From a bacterium (GTDB lineage: Bacteria; Patescibacteriota; Minisyncoccia; Moranbacterales; UBA2206), in NCBI GenBank assembly GCA_030654225.1, contig JAURXY010000027.1, positions 1 through 58,980 on the forward strand: a DNA stretch of 58,980 nt. Direction: 5' to 3'. Made by a program: the position numbers and the translations under genes. The notes under the pieces are model-generated. The model saw only the letters and a program-made list of their open reading frames with translations. It ran no database searches and was not told where the DNA came from. This document shows, one piece after another, positions 15,125-24,314 of this stretch. Position 1 is the first letter of the stretch; each line of letters begins with the position of its first letter.

Positions 15125-17557
15125 TTATATTTCCCATTTATCCCGTTTATCCTGATCCGCAACGTTATTTTCATATTCAATACTACCCTCTTCGGCCACG
15201 CCATAAACTTCACGAGGCTTGGCGCCATCAGCTGGTCCAATCACTCCCTTTTCTTCCAATATATCCAGGATTCTCGCAGCGCGCGCATAACCAATTCTAA
15301 ATCTTCTTTGTAAAAATGAAGCACTGGCTTTTTTTGCGCGCTTTATCTCTTCTTCAATTTGTTTCAAAAGTTCATCATCTTCTCCACTGCCTTCCTCCAT
15401 TTTGAAATCGGTAATTTCCTTATTTAATTTTTCTGTGATATCTTGCTCGTCTTCTTTTTCCCCGCCTGCCTCGTTATGCGAAGCATTACGGGCAGGTTTT
15501 TTGTCCTCCTTCTTTTGTGAGATGATAAATTTCACCACTTTTTTCACTTCTGATTCGCTCACAAAAACTCCTTGGATTCTTTTTGGTTTTGGAGAGCTCG
15601 CACTCAGATAGAGCATGTCTCCATTGCCCAAAAGTTTTTCTGCCCCACCCATATCCAAGATAGTTCGTGAATCAATTTGAGTGGCCACCTGAAAGGCAAT
15701 TCTTGTTGTGATATTAGCTTTGATAAGCCCTGTGATAACTTCCACAGATGGACGCTGAGTTGAAACAATCAAATGAATGCCCACAGCGCGCGCCATCTGA
15801 GCAATGCGCACAATTGCCCCTTCCACTTCTTTGCCGTGACTACCCATAAGATCGGCTAGTTCATCAATCACAATGACAATATATGGCAAAGCTTTCAATT
15901 CTTCTTCGCTAGTTTCATTAGTTTCTGGATTAGTGTGTTTTATCTTATAGCCTGATTTGAGTTTTTCTCGATACGAACTGATGTCTCTAGAACCAGCATC
16001 TTGGAGCATTCGATATCTTCTTTCCATTTCTCCCACCGCCCATTTCAAAGCATTGACCACTTTGCTATTTTCCACCACCACCTCAGTTAGGAGATGCGGG
16101 ATACCATTATAAAGTGAAAGCTCTACTCGCTTTGGATCAACCATAATAAATTTCAAATCTTCCGGCGAATTTTGGTAGAGTAAAGTTGTGATCACGGAAT
16201 TTATCGAAACTGATTTTCCTGTGCCAGTGGCTCCCGCAATCATGAGATGGGGCATCTTGGCTAAATCGCCAAAAACACAATTTCCACTCACGTCCTCTCC
16301 CAGTGCCACCATCAAATTAGAAGTTCTCTTTTTGAATTGTGGTTCTTCGATCATATCACGAAGTCTCACGATCAGTGAAATTTTGTTAGGAATCTCAATG
16401 CCAATTAAGGATTGTCCAGGGATCGGCGCTTCAATTCGAATTGGATGAGCAGCCAGCGCCAGTGATAAATCGTTTTGCAAAGCCAAAATTTTGGCAATTT
16501 TCACTCCCACTGCCGGACGAAAACTATATTGCGTCACTGACGGACCAATTTTGACAGTGCCTCTCTCCACTTGAATGCCAAAATCATGCAGGGTTTTTTC
16601 AATAATGGCAAAATTAGCTTCCACATCTCCACCTTGCGCCTCGCCATAAGTTTTTTCCAACATCTCCGCTGGCGGAAAAACCCATTTGGAATTTTTTGAA
16701 ATTTTTGGAAAAGTAAATTCCTTGGTCGGCGCTTCCAAATCCAATGATCGTCTTTCCATTATTTTTTTGGAGTTTATTTGCCCCTCAATTTCATCTTCAA
16801 TTTTCGACGACACGAATTGATCGCGTCCTTCCACGAATTCAATTTTCCCGATATTTTTTTCGATTTCCGTTTCTTGTGAAATTTTTTCTGTGTCGTTCTG
16901 TTTTATCTCTGTGTTATTCTGTTTTTCTAACTCTGTGTCGTTCTGTATCATTTCTGCGTTATTCTGCGTTTTAATTTCTTCTGTGTCATTTTGTGTTTCT
17001 TCTTGTTTTTTAAATTTCAAAAAGAAATGCACAATGGAAAAATTGAAAGTCAAAATTATCCCTAACATAAAAATAGCCAACAGCACCACGAGACTTCCGG
17101 CTGAGCCTAAATATTTTGCCAAAAAATGACTCAAACCATAACCGATGTACCCTCCACCCTTGCCTTTGCCAGCCATTTTTAGCATTTCCTCGGCTAGATA
17201 AAACCAATGAAAGATTCCCGCAATACTAAGCAGAGAAACTAAAAGGCCGATAAACTTCGTCACATAAAAGGCCGTTTCTCGACGAAGTAACAAGACTATG
17301 CCTGCAAAAATCAAGGAGATTGGAAAAATAAATTTCACATAACCGATTGAATAGCCAATCATCTTATTGAGAAATTGCCCAAAAGATCCGGCCGCATTAA
17401 AAAAGCCCAAAATGGAAAGCACTGCCAACGCAAAAAGAACTACGGCCACCGCGCTTCTTTTGGCGTCCCCTTTGAGATTAATCCTCGGCTTTCTTTCCTG
17501 CTCTTTTTCCCCCGAATTATCCCCTTCCTTATTCTTATTTTTTTTATGTCTTCCCAT
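15125..17557 (-). CDS. ftsK: DNA translocase FtsK/SpoIIIE
   Basis: N-terminal TMs; PHLMIAGATGTGKS, IDELADLM, STQRPS; gamma domain LQRRFRIGYARAAR. Confidence 0.98.
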   Translation of the reverse strand: MGRHKKNKNKEGDNSGEKEQERKPRINLKGDAKRSAVAVVLFALAVLSILGFFNAAGSFGQFLNKMIGYSIGYVKFIFPISLIFAGIVLLLRRETAFYVTKFIGLLVSLLSIAGIFHWFYLAEEMLKMAGKGKGGGYIGYGLSHFLAKYLGSAGSLVVLLAIFMLGIILTFNFSIVHFFLKFKKQEETQNDTEEIKTQNNAEMIQNDTELEKQNNTEIKQNDTEKISQETEIEKNIGKIEFVEGRDQFVSSKIEDEIEGQINSKKIMERRSLDLEAPTKEFTFPKISKNSKWVFPPAEMLEKTYGEAQGGDVEANFAIIEKTLHDFGIQVERGTVKIGPSVTQYSFRPAVGVKIAKILALQNDLSLALAAHPIRIEAPIPGQSLIGIEIPNKISLIVRLRDMIEEPQFKKRTSNLMVALGEDVSGNCVFGDLAKMPHLMIAGATGTGKSVSINSVITTLLYQNSPEDLKFIMVDPKRVELSLYNGIPHLLTEVVVENSKVVNALKWAVGEMERRYRMLQDAGSRDISSYREKLKSGYKIKHTNPETNETSEEELKALPYIVIVIDELADLMGSHGKEVEGAIVRIAQMARAVGIHLIVSTQRPSVEVITGLIKANITTRIAFQVATQIDSRTILDMGGAEKLLGNGDMLYLSASSPKPKRIQGVFVSESEVKKVVKFIISQKKEDKKPARNASHNEAGGEKEDEQDITEKLNKEITDFKMEEGSGEDDELLKQIEEEIKRAKKASASFLQRRFRIGYARAARILDILEEKGVIGPADGAKPREVYGVAEEGSIEYENNVADQDKRDKWEI
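15461..15496. repeat. 36-bp palindromic element inserted in frame in ftsK (PARNASHNEAGG)
   Basis: CCCGCCTGCCTCGTTATGCGAAGCATTACGGGCAGG; 32/36 identical to 47612-47647. Confidence 0.9.
16886..16994. repeat. 21-bp-period coding repeat in the ftsK linker (QNxTE)
   Basis: TTCTGTGTCGTTCTGT-like units; QNDTE/QNNAE/QNNTE with 7-aa period. Confidence 0.8.
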
Positions 17558-17606
17558 ATAAATCTATTCTACCACAAAATTTGAAAATCAAAAAACGCTC
17601 CTAAAA

Positions 17607-18749
17607 TTAATCCTTGCGACCCACAAATTCAAAATAATTTTCTTTATTAATTATTTCAAAAGAAGAATTTTCATAATTTTTCGACCATTCCGCTGGAGCC
17701 TTAACTTGCTTTTTTTTCCATTTCATTTCATAGCCAAAAAGTTTTCCGTCCTGTTCTTCTATAAAATCTATTTCTTGTTGATCATAAGTTCGCCAAAAAT
17801 ATTTATTTGGACGCAATTTTCGATGAGAATTTCTTTTTATTCTTTCTATGATAAGAAAATTTTCCCAAAGTGCGCCCGTGTCATTTCGAAGCGACAATAA
17901 ATTAAAATTTTGAATCAAGCTATTTCTAATTCCCAAATCATAAAAATAAATTTTAACAGATTTTGAGATTTCTTTCCGCATATTCCGGCTAAAAGCTTTC
18001 AGCGTAAAAACTATAAAAGACTGTTCTAAAATATCAATATATTTTTGCACTGTGAGCCGGCTTATTCCTAGATTTTTCGCCAATTCAGTATAGGAGACTT
18101 CTTGTCCAAGTTGAAGCGCCAAAAGCTTCAAAAGATTTTCAATCACGCTGGATTTATTAATTCCTTCAAAGGCTAAAATATCTTTATATAAATAATTCGA
18201 AACAATTTCATCCGCTCTTTCTTTTATACTATCCTCATTTTCCGCTAAAAAAACTTCCGGATAAGTTCCAAAGCGCATAATATTTTCCAATTTGCCGTCT
18301 ATTTCAAATCGATTATATTCTTGTTCCAATTCAATAATTGAAAAAGGATACAGCGTAAATCTTTTGGCTCTTCCCGTCATTGGTTCGCTAGTTTTATTCG
18401 CCATTTCAAAACTTGACGAACCAGTAGCGATAATTTGAATTTCCAGGCAATGATCCACCAAAATTTTCAATATCGTTCCAGCATTGGACATTTTTTGCAT
18501 TTCATCCAGAACTACCAATTTATATCTTCCTAGATATGATTTTAGCCGGTTTACTTCGGGAATTTCAAGATTTTGCCTCACGCTGAGCAATTCACAATCA
18601 AAATAATTAGCTTCTTCACCGTATTTTTCGATTATTTGCTTAGCTAGGGTCGTTTTTCCCACCTGCCTAGCGCCGTAAATAATAATAGCTTTGCCCTTAA
18701 AAAGCTCCGCTTCTATTTGTTTTTGGGCTATTCTTGAGATTATTTGCAT
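17607..18749 (-). CDS. AAA+ ATPase (AAA_14 + DUF4143)
   Basis: GARQVGKTT, LDEMQ, TGSSS, KIYFYDLGIRN, YFWRT...EIDF. Confidence 0.92.
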   Translation of the reverse strand: MQIISRIAQKQIEAELFKGKAIIIYGARQVGKTTLAKQIIEKYGEEANYFDCELLSVRQNLEIPEVNRLKSYLGRYKLVVLDEMQKMSNAGTILKILVDHCLEIQIIATGSSSFEMANKTSEPMTGRAKRFTLYPFSIIELEQEYNRFEIDGKLENIMRFGTYPEVFLAENEDSIKERADEIVSNYLYKDILAFEGINKSSVIENLLKLLALQLGQEVSYTELAKNLGISRLTVQKYIDILEQSFIVFTLKAFSRNMRKEISKSVKIYFYDLGIRNSLIQNFNLLSLRNDTGALWENFLIIERIKRNSHRKLRPNKYFWRTYDQQEIDFIEEQDGKLFGYEMKWKKKQVKAPAEWSKNYENSSFEIINKENYFEFVGRKD

Positions 18750-18823
18750 AATTTTGCCTAAATTTGTTATTATACTTACAATTTTAGGCTAAATTTTGAT
18801 ATTTGTCAAGCACCGTCCAAGTT

Positions 18824-18844
18824 TCCTAAAGTGAAGCTTTGGGA
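18824..18844. repeat. short hairpin repeat TCCTAAAG(C/T)GAAGCTTT(A/G)GGA
   Basis: Related copies at 20527-20553 and 37480-37500. Confidence 0.7.
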
Positions 18845-19021
18845 TGAATAATTCATAAAATTAGTATAAATTATGTGATTACATTCTCAATTTTAAGCTG
18901 AATTTTGATATTTGTCGGTGCTATCTTTTAGCACAAAATCAAAAACACCTACCTCTTATGTATAAAAAGACACGCCATTTCCAATTGGACACGGCGTGTC
19001 TAGAAACCAACTTCTAATCTC

Positions 19022-19228
19022 TTAAAGCTTTTCTCTCACTTCCTTTAATTTCTCCTCTTCTTCTGTCATTTTCTTAAGATCAGCAAAATTCTGGTTAAAT
19101 GACTCTATCCAATTATTCAACTCTCTTAGAAATTCTAATTTTTCTTGAGGGCTCATTTTTGATTCAGCTTCTTCCAAAGCTTTGTCAATCTCTTTTTTTA
19201 TTTTTTCTTGATCTAAATTATTATCCAT
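19022..19228 (-). CDS. small coiled-coil hypothetical protein
   Basis: MDNNLDQEK...; followed by a hairpin at 18969-19001. Confidence 0.6.
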   Translation of the reverse strand: MDNNLDQEKIKKEIDKALEEAESKMSPQEKLEFLRELNNWIESFNQNFADLKKMTEEEEKLKEVREKL

Positions 19229-19281
19229 ATTTTTTTTAATTTTCAATTATTACTAAGCCAAAAATTTTCTAGTATCCAAAA

Positions 19282-19890
19282 TTATTTACCCGAAGACGCT
19301 CCTTCTATATCCTGAGATAAATTAAATTTCGCACCACCCACTGCTGCTCTCTTTCTAGAAATTTCTTCAAATTTACCAGTAATATAACCCATCGCACCAG
19401 CTACTGCGCTAAGACCACCAATCGAATATAAAATAGCTCCACCACCATCAGGACCAGCATCCATGCCCATATAAGTCATCAAAGCGCTCATAGAAATTCC
19501 CACCGCACCAATAACTTTCATTAGTTTGTCGCTATTGATATCTTTCATCTTAGCATTTAACTTTTCACTATTTAATAATTTTATTCTATCCAATAGTTGC
19601 GGGCTATCTTCAAAATTTTTCATCATTTGAGTTTTATTTTTGAAAAGCCTTTCAAATTCTTCCTTAATTTCCGGATTAAGTCTTTTTTCATTTTCCTCAT
19701 CCTCTGAAACTTGACTGAGTTCAGTAGCATCATAATTTCGCGGATCTTTCTCATATGATTCCGCTGATTTTTTATCCACACCAGCTCGATAATCCTTCAC
19801 TCCTTTTTGATGAGATAGATATGCCAAGTCCCCTTCTAACTTCGAGTCAGGCTCTTGACTTGTTGATGATTTTTTAAAACTTTCAAACAT
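19282..19890 (-). CDS. hypothetical membrane protein (two C-terminal Gly-rich TMs)
   Basis: 202-aa ORF with a hydrophobic hairpin near the C-terminus. Confidence 0.75.
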   Translation of the reverse strand: MFESFKKSSTSQEPDSKLEGDLAYLSHQKGVKDYRAGVDKKSAESYEKDPRNYDATELSQVSEDEENEKRLNPEIKEEFERLFKNKTQMMKNFEDSPQLLDRIKLLNSEKLNAKMKDINSDKLMKVIGAVGISMSALMTYMGMDAGPDGGGAILYSIGGLSAVAGAMGYITGKFEEISRKRAAVGGAKFNLSQDIEGASSGK

Positions 19891-19921
19891 ATTTTTTATT
19901 TCCCTTAATAATTACATCCGT

Positions 19922-19953
19922 ATTATACCCCCCCCCCCAGCAACAATCGTCAA
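19922..19953 (-). promoter_or_regulatory. sigma70 promoter with a G11 tract in the spacer
   Basis: TTGACG (19953-19948)-20 nt including G11 (19938-19928)-TATAAT (19927-19922). Confidence 0.7.
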
Positions 19954-20004
19954 ATCAAAAAAACGCCTCATATTTCCCGAAGCGTTTTTTGTATTGTATT
20001 CAAG

Positions 20005-20033
20005 GTAGAGACGAGGCAGTGCCTCGTCTCTAC
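20005..20033. repeat. GTAG-type REP-like palindrome
   Basis: GTAGAGACGAGGCAGTGCCTCGTCTCTAC, perfect arms. Confidence 0.75.
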
Positions 20034-20037
20034 AATT

Positions 20038-20319
20038 TTATATCTTCAAATCCGAATATTCCCGCAAAGTTTTAAGCGTTGCTTGGACAGTTTCATTTTC
20101 GGTATTGAGCAGTTTCACATTTTTGAATTTTTCAGCGATTTCAAAAAGAACTTCCTTTGCCCAAGAAGGAGCGAGTGCCTTTACTCCAGAAAAATCCAAC
20201 TCAATCAACTCATCTGATGGTATATTTTTCAGTAAATCTGATTGCATAGTTAAAAAAGCTCTTTGCCCATCCGAAGGAGATAATAATAATTCACCGAATT
20301 TTTTAATTTCAATTCTCAT
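20038..20319 (-). CDS. STAS-like domain protein (DUF4325-like)
   Basis: KKFG..L.S...G......IELDFSGV..LAPSWA.E pattern. Confidence 0.7.
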   Translation of the reverse strand: MRIEIKKFGELLLSPSDGQRAFLTMQSDLLKNIPSDELIELDFSGVKALAPSWAKEVLFEIAEKFKNVKLLNTENETVQATLKTLREYSDLKI

Positions 20320-20599
20320 ACGCTAATTTTTCTTGTGAATTTTCCGTAGTTTAATTGTAGCCTATTTTGACACTAAAAGTCAAAAATCAAAAAACGCCTC
20401 AGATTTTTTACAGCGTTTATATCAAATCAAATCGCGGACAGTCCGCAATTTAGCGGACTGTCCGCTGAGATATACTAAACCATAATGAGGGTGAGTATTC
20501 ACCTGTCAATACTCACCCCCTCTAAAGTCTCCTAACGCTTCACTTTAGGAGACACTAAACTTTATAAAGTTTGTCAATATTTAAAGATTTTATAAAGTT

Positions 20600-20639
20600 T
20601 CAAAAAACGCCTCGGATTTCCCAAGGCGTTTTTTGTATT
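20600..20639 (-). terminator. rpoC terminator (member of a repeated terminator family)
   Basis: AAAAAACGCCT/AGGCGTTTTTT stem; related copies at 19953-19995, 20385-20418 and 42812-42854. Confidence 0.8.
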
Positions 20640-20651
20640 CTACAAAATAAT

Positions 20652-23600
20652 TTATTTCCTATACCCCGTCCCCGCTGGAATTAGTTTTCCGATGATCACG
20701 TTTTCTTTGAGACCTCGCAGTTTATCTTGCTTGCCTTGTGAGGCAGCGTTAATCAGAACTCGAGCGGTTTCTTGGAAAGAAGCTGCGGAGAGGAAACTAT
20801 CAGTTGAAAGAGCCACTTTAGTGATGCCCAAGAGCATTTTTTCACCTAGCGCTTTTTCTCCTCCTGCTTTTTTGATTTCGGCATTGGCTTCCAAAAATTC
20901 ATCTTGTTCCAAGATATCTCCCACAGAGAAATCTGCGTCTCCGGAAGAAGTCACGGTCACGCGACTAAACATCTGACGGATAATTGATTCAATGTGTTTG
21001 TCGTTGATGCCTTCACCTTGCGCTGCATACACTTCCTGAATTTCTCGAATGATATAGCGATAGACTTCTTCCCAGCCCATTGTTTTGTAAAGTTTTTTAA
21101 GATCAATGTGACCCTCGGAGAGTTGTGTTCCCATGCCGATTATTTCACCTTCAGTTACTTTCAAAGTACTGCCAGTTGGAATTTGATATTCTTTGATAGT
21201 TTTTTGTTTGTCCTCAGCTTCAATCTTGACCACAAAATTCTTATCTTGTTTTTCAATGGCCAAAACTTTTCCATTAACTTCTGAAATAATCGCTTCACCT
21301 TTTGGTGGACGAGCTTCAAAAATTTCTTCCACCCGAGGCAAACCTTGAGTAATGTCAGATCCTGCAATACCTCCAATATGGAAAGTACGCATAGTTAGCT
21401 GTGTTCCTGGCTCACCAATGGCTTGCGCGGCCACAATTCCCACAGCTTGACCAATTTCCACTACATTACCTCTACCAAGGTCAGTGCCATAACATTTTTG
21501 GCAGACTCCTCGCGGAGTTTTGCAAGTGACCACTGTTCTAATTTTGACTTTAGCAAGACCAGCTTTCTCAATTTTTTCTCCTTGCTCTTTGGTAACTAAA
21601 TTATCTTTTTCTACGATAACTTCACCAGTTTTTGGATCAATGGCATCTTCAGTGAGCACTCGGCCAGTGACACGACTTCCAAAGCTTTGTCCGATTCGAT
21701 CAGAATCTTCCTTGAAAATGAAAGCCCCACCTTTGTCTTTGCAATCAGCTTCACGAACAATGATATCTTGCGCCACATCCACCAGTCTTCGAGTCAAATA
21801 TCCAGCCGTGGCTGTTCGAAGAGCAGTGTCGGCCATACCTTTTCTCGCTCCATGAGTCGAAATGAAATATTCCAACACATTCAAGCCTTCTTTGAAACAA
21901 CTCTTAATTGGAAGTTCAATAGTTTCACCAGTTGGTCCCGCCATCAGTCCTTTCATTCCGCACATCTGCACAACCACTGATTCAGACCCTCGAGCCTTGG
22001 AATAAACCATTGAATAAACTGGTCCTTCTTTGTCCATCGAAGAACGCACCGCATCTGTGATTTTGTTTTTAGCATCATTCCAAATTTCAATAACTTTATT
22101 TTTTCTTTCTTCTTCAGTGAGAAGTCCCATATTAAATTGCTTCTTGACCACTTCCACTTTTTCCTCAGCATTGTCCATGATTTCTTTTTTGTTAGTTGGA
22201 ACGGACAAATCTTTCATACCCCAACTGATACCAGATTTAGTGACAGATCGGAAACCTAAATTTTTGATTTCATCCACGAAGATTGCGGCCGCTTCTCGCC
22301 CTGAAACTTCCAAAACTTTCGCCACTAAAAATTTCAATTCTTTCTTGGTCATTTCTTCGTTGAGGAAATCAATTTCTTTTGGGATAATCAAATTTAATTT
22401 TATCCTTCCCACGGAAGTCTCAAGTAATTTTCCTTCATGCGCTACTTTTATCTTCGCTCGCACATCAACGTGTCCAAGCTCAGTGGCTAAAATGGCTTCA
22501 TCGAAATTGGAAAATATTTTTCCTTCCCCCTTGGCACCGGCCAAAATATGGGTAATGTAATAGCAACCCAAAACCATATCCAAAGTTGGAGTAGTAATTG
22601 GCTCTCCACTGGCTGGTTTCAAAAGATTTCGAGATGACAACATTAAATGTTCTGATTCCCAACGAGCTTTGTCAGTCAAGGGAACATGCACTGCCATCTG
22701 GTCACCGTCGAAGTCAGCGTTGAAAGCTGAACAAACCATTGGATGAATTTGAATCGCCTTGCCTTCAATCAGCACCGGTTGGAAAGCTTGGATTGAAAGA
22801 CGATGCAAGGTTGGAGCACGGTTAAGAAGCACATAGTGATGGGAAATTATTTCGTCCAAAATGTCATACGCTTCTTCCGTTTCACCTTCCACCATTTTTC
22901 CTGCGCTTCGAACATTGTAGGCCAATTCTCTTTCGATTAATTTGTTGATAATAAAAGGTTTGAAAAGTTCCAGCGCCATTTTCTTTGGCAATCCGCATTG
23001 ATGCAATTTCAGATTTGGCCCAACCACAATTACGCTTCGTCCGGAATAGTCCACTCGTTTTCCAAGTAGATTTTGACGGAAACGTCCTTGCTTGCCTTTT
23101 AAAGTATCAGCCAAAGATCGTAGTGGTCGTCTTTGCCCAGTCGAAGCAGCCACACTCACCTGAGAGCGTCTAGCGCTATTGTCAAAAAGAGCATCCACCG
23201 CTTCCTGAAGCATTCTTTTTTCATTTCGGGTGATAACTTCCGGTGCACCAATCTCAATGAGTTTTTTCAAACGATTATTACGATTGATGATTCTTCGATA
23301 AAGATCATTGAGATCACTTGTGGCATAACGTCCACCGTCCAAGGCTACCATCGGTCGAAGGTCTGGCGGAATAACAGGAATGATTGTCGGAAGCATCCAT
23401 TCAAGTTTCATGTCGGCTTTCAAAAATCCTTGAAACAATTTTATCCTTTTGAGAATTTTTTTCTTATCTTGATTTTCATCATCAGTCAAAGTTTTTTTCA
23501 AAGTTTCAATTTCAGTTTTTGGATCCATGTTACACAAAATATTTCTCACTGCTTCTGCTCCAATGCCGGCAGAAAAAACCTGCGCATATTTGGTGGATAA

Positions 23601-24236
23601 ATTGAAATATTCTATTTCAGAAATTATTTGCAGTTTTTGCAAACTTTTCAATTCTTCTTTGGAAGAACGGTAGATATTTTTCAACTCTTCTTGTTTTTCC
23701 AAACCTTCTTTGGTGTCAGAGGAAAAATTCTTGGCAATTTCTTTTTGCTTATTTTTGAATTCTTGTTCCAATTGCACCAAAACTTTTTCTCTTTCTTGCT
23801 CGTCCACATTAAAAACTATATAGCTTGAGAAATAAACAATTTTTTCCAAATCCATTACTCCCATTCCAAGCGCCAAACCAATCTTGGAAGGTACACCTCG
23901 CAAAAACCAAATATGAGAAACTGGCACAGCAAGTTTGATGTGTCCCATTCGTTCGCGTCTCACAATTGAGCGTGTCACTTCCACACCACACTTGTCGCAA
24001 ACGATACCTTTGTAGCGAATTCTTTTATATTTTCCACAATAACATTCCCAGTCCTTAGAAGGTCCAAAAATCTTTTCATCAAAAAGACCTTCGCGCTCAT
24101 AGCGCTGAGTTCGATAGTTTATTGTCTCCGGCTTGGTGACTTCACCATGTGACCAATCCAAGAAATTTTCTGGACTAGCAATGGAGAGTCTCACGCTGTT
24201 AAAGTCACTTATTTTGGTTGTAGAGAATGAATCCAT
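20652..24236 (-). CDS. rpoC: RNA polymerase beta' subunit
   Basis: NADFDGDQMAVH catalytic motif; zinc fingers. Confidence 0.99.
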   Translation of the reverse strand: MDSFSTTKISDFNSVRLSIASPENFLDWSHGEVTKPETINYRTQRYEREGLFDEKIFGPSKDWECYCGKYKRIRYKGIVCDKCGVEVTRSIVRRERMGHIKLAVPVSHIWFLRGVPSKIGLALGMGVMDLEKIVYFSSYIVFNVDEQEREKVLVQLEQEFKNKQKEIAKNFSSDTKEGLEKQEELKNIYRSSKEELKSLQKLQIISEIEYFNLSTKYAQVFSAGIGAEAVRNILCNMDPKTEIETLKKTLTDDENQDKKKILKRIKLFQGFLKADMKLEWMLPTIIPVIPPDLRPMVALDGGRYATSDLNDLYRRIINRNNRLKKLIEIGAPEVITRNEKRMLQEAVDALFDNSARRSQVSVAASTGQRRPLRSLADTLKGKQGRFRQNLLGKRVDYSGRSVIVVGPNLKLHQCGLPKKMALELFKPFIINKLIERELAYNVRSAGKMVEGETEEAYDILDEIISHHYVLLNRAPTLHRLSIQAFQPVLIEGKAIQIHPMVCSAFNADFDGDQMAVHVPLTDKARWESEHLMLSSRNLLKPASGEPITTPTLDMVLGCYYITHILAGAKGEGKIFSNFDEAILATELGHVDVRAKIKVAHEGKLLETSVGRIKLNLIIPKEIDFLNEEMTKKELKFLVAKVLEVSGREAAAIFVDEIKNLGFRSVTKSGISWGMKDLSVPTNKKEIMDNAEEKVEVVKKQFNMGLLTEEERKNKVIEIWNDAKNKITDAVRSSMDKEGPVYSMVYSKARGSESVVVQMCGMKGLMAGPTGETIELPIKSCFKEGLNVLEYFISTHGARKGMADTALRTATAGYLTRRLVDVAQDIIVREADCKDKGGAFIFKEDSDRIGQSFGSRVTGRVLTEDAIDPKTGEVIVEKDNLVTKEQGEKIEKAGLAKVKIRTVVTCKTPRGVCQKCYGTDLGRGNVVEIGQAVGIVAAQAIGEPGTQLTMRTFHIGGIAGSDITQGLPRVEEIFEARPPKGEAIISEVNGKVLAIEKQDKNFVVKIEAEDKQKTIKEYQIPTGSTLKVTEGEIIGMGTQLSEGHIDLKKLYKTMGWEEVYRYIIREIQEVYAAQGEGINDKHIESIIRQMFSRVTVTSSGDADFSVGDILEQDEFLEANAEIKKAGGEKALGEKMLLGITKVALSTDSFLSAASFQETARVLINAASQGKQDKLRGLKENVIIGKLIPAGTGYRK

Positions 24237-24314
24237 GTAAATTAAGTATCTCGTCTTGCGTCAATTATATATAATTAACGCTAGATTCGAATAAATTGAT
24301 AATTTATACTATTT

